Origin: Sulfuricurvum sp.
Lineage (GTDB): Bacteria; Campylobacterota; Campylobacteria; Campylobacterales; Sulfurimonadaceae
DNA length: 27,286 nt
Assembly: GCA_020721585.1 (NCBI GenBank)
Contig: DYMK01000020.1
Coordinates: forward strand, 1 to 27,286
Direction of reading: 5' to 3'
Each line of letters opens with the position of its first letter. The stretch's first letter is position 1. The notes beneath the pieces are model-generated. The model had not been told where the DNA came from. It saw only the letters and a list, made by a program, of their open reading frames with translations, and did not search any database. Made by a program: the position numbers and the translations under genes. Below, piece by piece: positions 24,422 through 27,286 of the stretch.

Positions 24422-27127
24422 ATGTCATTTATCCCTTTTTTAGCCTTTGAAGCCTCCGCTGGGTCGGGAAAAACCTTTAATCTGGTCGTACGCTATTTGA
24501 GTTTGGTGTTTATGGGGGAAAAAGTAGAATCCATCAGTGCGTTGACCTTTACCAATAAAGCTGCCAATGAGATGCGTGAACGCGTCATCGAGACCCTCAC
24601 GACGCTCCACACACGGGGAGAATTAGCCGAAATTGCCCGCGTGACCCAACGAAGTGAAGCCCAACTGCTTGCCCAACGCGATCAGGTCTTAGAGACACTG
24701 TTGCGCAGTGAGATGAAAATTTCGACCATTGACACCTTTTTTGGGGGAATTTTGCGCAAATTTGCCCTCAATCGGGGGATCATGCCCACCTTTAGCGTCG
24801 CCAATGCCCACCATGAGGTGAAATTTCTCAAACGTTTTTTAGCCCATGTCGAGGTGAGCGGGGAGATGGATACGTTGGTGCATTTAGCGACGTTGAGTTC
24901 CAAACGGCTGGAAGATATTTTTGGACTCCTTGCGTTGTTGTACGCCAAGCACAAAGAGTTCCCCTCGCTGCTCCCCCCTGATACCCATATCCTCACCGAT
25001 CAAACCGCCTCCATTATGGCATCCGCACAGAGTTTAGCTGCTTTGGTGCTGAGTAAACCCCTCAGTGACCGTGCCAAAAAAACGATGCTTTTTGGTTCGT
25101 ATGAGGAGCTTTTGACCAAAGCGTGGATCACCAAACCCAGTTTGAATTATTGGGATTTTAGAAAAAATTATGATCCGGTGATGGATACGATGCTGCAGTC
25201 GTTGCAAGGTGCCATCGCCGACCAAATGCGCTATCGGGAAACCAAAATTTTAGCGGCATTGGATCGTATTTTGACCCTTTATATTCACAGTCGTAAAGCC
25301 CTTATCCTCCAAAACAATGAACTCACTTTCGATGATATTACCCTCAGCGTCCATGAACTGTTGCGGGGCAATGTGGAGAGTGCGTTTTTGTATTTTAGGC
25401 TCGATGCGACGATGAAACACCTCTTGCTTGATGAGTTTCAAGATACCAGCATGGTGCAGTTTGATATTTTACGCCCCCTCATCGAAGAGATTGTCTCAGG
25501 CGTGGGGATTCAGGGGGGGGGAAGCTTCTTTTTTGTGGGGGATGTGAAACAATCAATCTACCGTTTCCGTGGCGGGGTGAGTGCTTTGTTTCATACGGTC
25601 GCACACCATTTTAACGTCGAAATCCATCCACTGAAGATCAACTACCGTTCCCGTTCCCAAGTGGTCGATTTTGTCAATACCGTGTTTACCCCCATTATGC
25701 CCCATTACACCCCCCAAGCGTCTCCCGAACACAAAAAAGGGGGATACGTGCAAGTCGTGAACCACGAAGAACCATTGGTGGTGCTTCGTGATACGGTCAA
25801 AGGGTTGCTGGATGTGGGGGTGATCCCAGAACGTATCGCCATTTTGTGCGTCACCAATGCCGATGCCACCCAAGCCCAAATGGTCTTAGAAGAGCAAGGA
25901 CACAAGGTGGTGAGTGAAGCCACCTCCGCCCTTATCCATCAGCGAAGTGTCCGCATTGTGATTGAATATCTCCGCTATTGCTATTTTAATGTCCCCCTCT
26001 ATCGCCATAACTGTGCGGCGTTGTTGGGCATTGAAGCAAAAGCCATTGAACGCACCTCTACCCATGATCTTTCCTCCACCTGTGTGGCGTTTATCCAACA
26101 CCACGCCATCGGAGATAGCAGTGCGTTGCTGTTTTTGGAGGAGTTAGAACGGTACAAAGACATTGAAGCGTTGATTTTCGAGATTGATCGCCTTGAGACC
26201 CCCGCCCCCAAAGAGGAACAAAAAGGGATTTCCCTCATGACCATCCATAAATCCAAGGGGTTAGAGTTTGACCATGTCCTTGTTTTGGATCGCTTGGGAC
26301 AAATGAAAAGTCGTAACGATTTTATGGTCTATGAGTATGAGGGGATCGCCCTAGAGCGAATTTTTATCCGTACCAAAGGGCGTGAAGCCCTCGATGATCG
26401 CTATGCCCTAGCCCTTGCCAAAGAAGAAGCCTTGCAAGACAACGATCAGCTCAATGCCCTCTACGTCGCCCTAACCCGCGCGGTGGAGTCCTTAACCCTC
26501 ATTGCCAAACCCAAAGGGTCGTGGTTTGAACCCCTTGGTCTCTCGGTGGGAGCGTGGGGCAAACGCTCATTTGAGGATACCCCCTCCGCCCCTATCCTCC
26601 CCCTTCAACCCTTGACCTTGCTGCCCCGTTCGTACGGCAAACAGCGTCAAAACGTCCAAGAGATCACCCCCGATGGGGTCGATTATGAGGCAATTACGTA
26701 TGGATTGGCACTCCACTATGGGATGGAGATGATGGAACGCTTCGATCCCATTGCCCTCCATCCTGCCCTCCTTGCGGTCAAAAAACGGTACGGTCTGAGT
26801 CTGGGAGAGGAGAAAATGACGCGCTTAGAACGCACCCTTTTCGCGATTCTCCACGATGCGACCTTTATCCACCTCACCCAAGGGTCGTGCGTAAAAGAAC
26901 AAGCCTTTTTGTATCGGGATCAAAAATGGGTCATTGATCTGCTTATCGACCATGATGAGGGGTATTGGGTTATCATCGACTACAAAAGCGGCGAGGAAAA
27001 ATCCCCCGAACACACCCAACAAGTGCAAAACTACATGGCAATGATCCACCACTTTACCCAAAAAGAGGTACGCGGTTATCTGTGTTATGCCAAGATTCAG
27101 GGGTGTGAGTGGGAGAGGGTGCAGTAG
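24422..27127 (+). CDS. addA: AddA-type UvrD/PcrA-family ATP-dependent helicase with C-terminal RecB-like nuclease
   Basis: 901 aa. Walker A AGSGKTF; TFTNKAANEMRERV (UvrD motif Ia); helicase motifs through ..LDEFQDTS.. and ..TIHKSKGLEFDHV... C-terminal nuclease ..VIDLLIDHDEGYWVIIDYKSG... Begins 6 nt after addB. Confidence 0.85.
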   Translation: MSFIPFLAFEASAGSGKTFNLVVRYLSLVFMGEKVESISALTFTNKAANEMRERVIETLTTLHTRGELAEIARVTQRSEAQLLAQRDQVLETLLRSEMKISTIDTFFGGILRKFALNRGIMPTFSVANAHHEVKFLKRFLAHVEVSGEMDTLVHLATLSSKRLEDIFGLLALLYAKHKEFPSLLPPDTHILTDQTASIMASAQSLAALVLSKPLSDRAKKTMLFGSYEELLTKAWITKPSLNYWDFRKNYDPVMDTMLQSLQGAIADQMRYRETKILAALDRILTLYIHSRKALILQNNELTFDDITLSVHELLRGNVESAFLYFRLDATMKHLLLDEFQDTSMVQFDILRPLIEEIVSGVGIQGGGSFFFVGDVKQSIYRFRGGVSALFHTVAHHFNVEIHPLKINYRSRSQVVDFVNTVFTPIMPHYTPQASPEHKKGGYVQVVNHEEPLVVLRDTVKGLLDVGVIPERIAILCVTNADATQAQMVLEEQGHKVVSEATSALIHQRSVRIVIEYLRYCYFNVPLYRHNCAALLGIEAKAIERTSTHDLSSTCVAFIQHHAIGDSSALLFLEELERYKDIEALIFEIDRLETPAPKEEQKGISLMTIHKSKGLEFDHVLVLDRLGQMKSRNDFMVYEYEGIALERIFIRTKGREALDDRYALALAKEEALQDNDQLNALYVALTRAVESLTLIAKPKGSWFEPLGLSVGAWGKRSFEDTPSAPILPLQPLTLLPRSYGKQRQNVQEITPDGVDYEAITYGLALHYGMEMMERFDPIALHPALLAVKKRYGLSLGEEKMTRLERTLFAILHDATFIHLTQGSCVKEQAFLYRDQKWVIDLLIDHDEGYWVIIDYKSGEEKSPEHTQQVQNYMAMIHHFTQKEVRGYLCYAKIQGCEWERVQ

Positions 27128-27131
27128 ATGC

Positions 27132-27175
27132 GCTATGGGTTTCGTCATTCCCGGGCGAATTCGCCATAGCTTTTT
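27132..27175 (+). terminator. Terminator-like structure after addA: outer stem gctatgg/ccatagc enclosing a 12-bp palindrome ggcgaattcgcc, followed by TTTTT
   Basis: Read directly: gctatgg gtttcgtcattccc ggcgaattcgcc atagc ttttt. Confidence 0.35.
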
Positions 27176-27286
27176 CCTTTGACCTTGATTCATTTCTATT
27201 TTTATTATTATTATTACAAATATTTATTGATCAAAGGCGAATTCGCATCATTAACGAATACCCATTGCCAATATTCTACCATCCAA

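Noticed and set aside
1-27286. Looked for CRISPR arrays, tRNA/rRNA genes, IS elements/transposases and integrases
   Set aside because: None seen. There are no regularly spaced direct repeats, no tRNA-like T-arm/acceptor signatures in the intergenic regions, and no transposase- or integrase-like ORFs. The islets therefore lack an identifiable mobility gene in this window.

Overview
The window reads as a chromosomal segment from a Campylobacterota-like (epsilonproteobacterial) genome. That assignment is an inference from gene content: a compact AddB/AddA pair with a short AddA, a short NFACT/RqcH homologue, Sel1/Hcp-like repeat proteins, and moderate GC. Left to right it contains the following. 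A partial reverse-strand coiled-coil repeat gene; a Sel1-repeat protein; a short NFACT (RqcH/FbpA-like) gene. A four-gene cellulose-synthesis cluster: bcsA (GT2 plus PilZ), bcsB, a GH8 endoglucanase (bcsZ) and a short BcsC-like TPR/beta-barrel export protein. An AT-rich YoeB/YefM-type toxin-antitoxin pair; a TPR membrane protein with a (GDSG)n tail. An anchor-less two-gene succinate dehydrogenase/fumarate reductase-like module: a flavoprotein lacking the covalent-FAD histidine, plus an Fe-S subunit. Then a mosaic accessory stretch of about 5.7 kb. It holds a secreted Tyr-rich protein, a transglutaminase-like membrane protein, a HigB-like toxin (strong sigma70-like promoter) with an apparently truncated antitoxin, and an SPFH (YdjI-like) protein with a SHOCT tail translationally coupled to a triple zinc-ribbon protein (YdjG-like). 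It also holds a markedly AT-rich islet carrying a catalytically dead peptide-deformylase-like domain fused to a membrane domain, divergent from a MerR-family regulator. After that come a YajQ-family nucleotide-binding protein, a small Ala/Pro-repeat membrane protein, and addB-addA. I found no tRNA or rRNA genes, no CRISPR array and no transposase. The most unusual items are the pseudo-deformylase membrane protein in the low-GC islet, the SPFH-SHOCT/zinc-ribbon pair, the anchor-less flavoprotein/Fe-S module with an embedded acidic micro-ORF and a perfect hairpin, and the HigB toxin with a degraded antitoxin. The ORF track uses TTG/GTG starts translated as M; several starts were corrected by eye.
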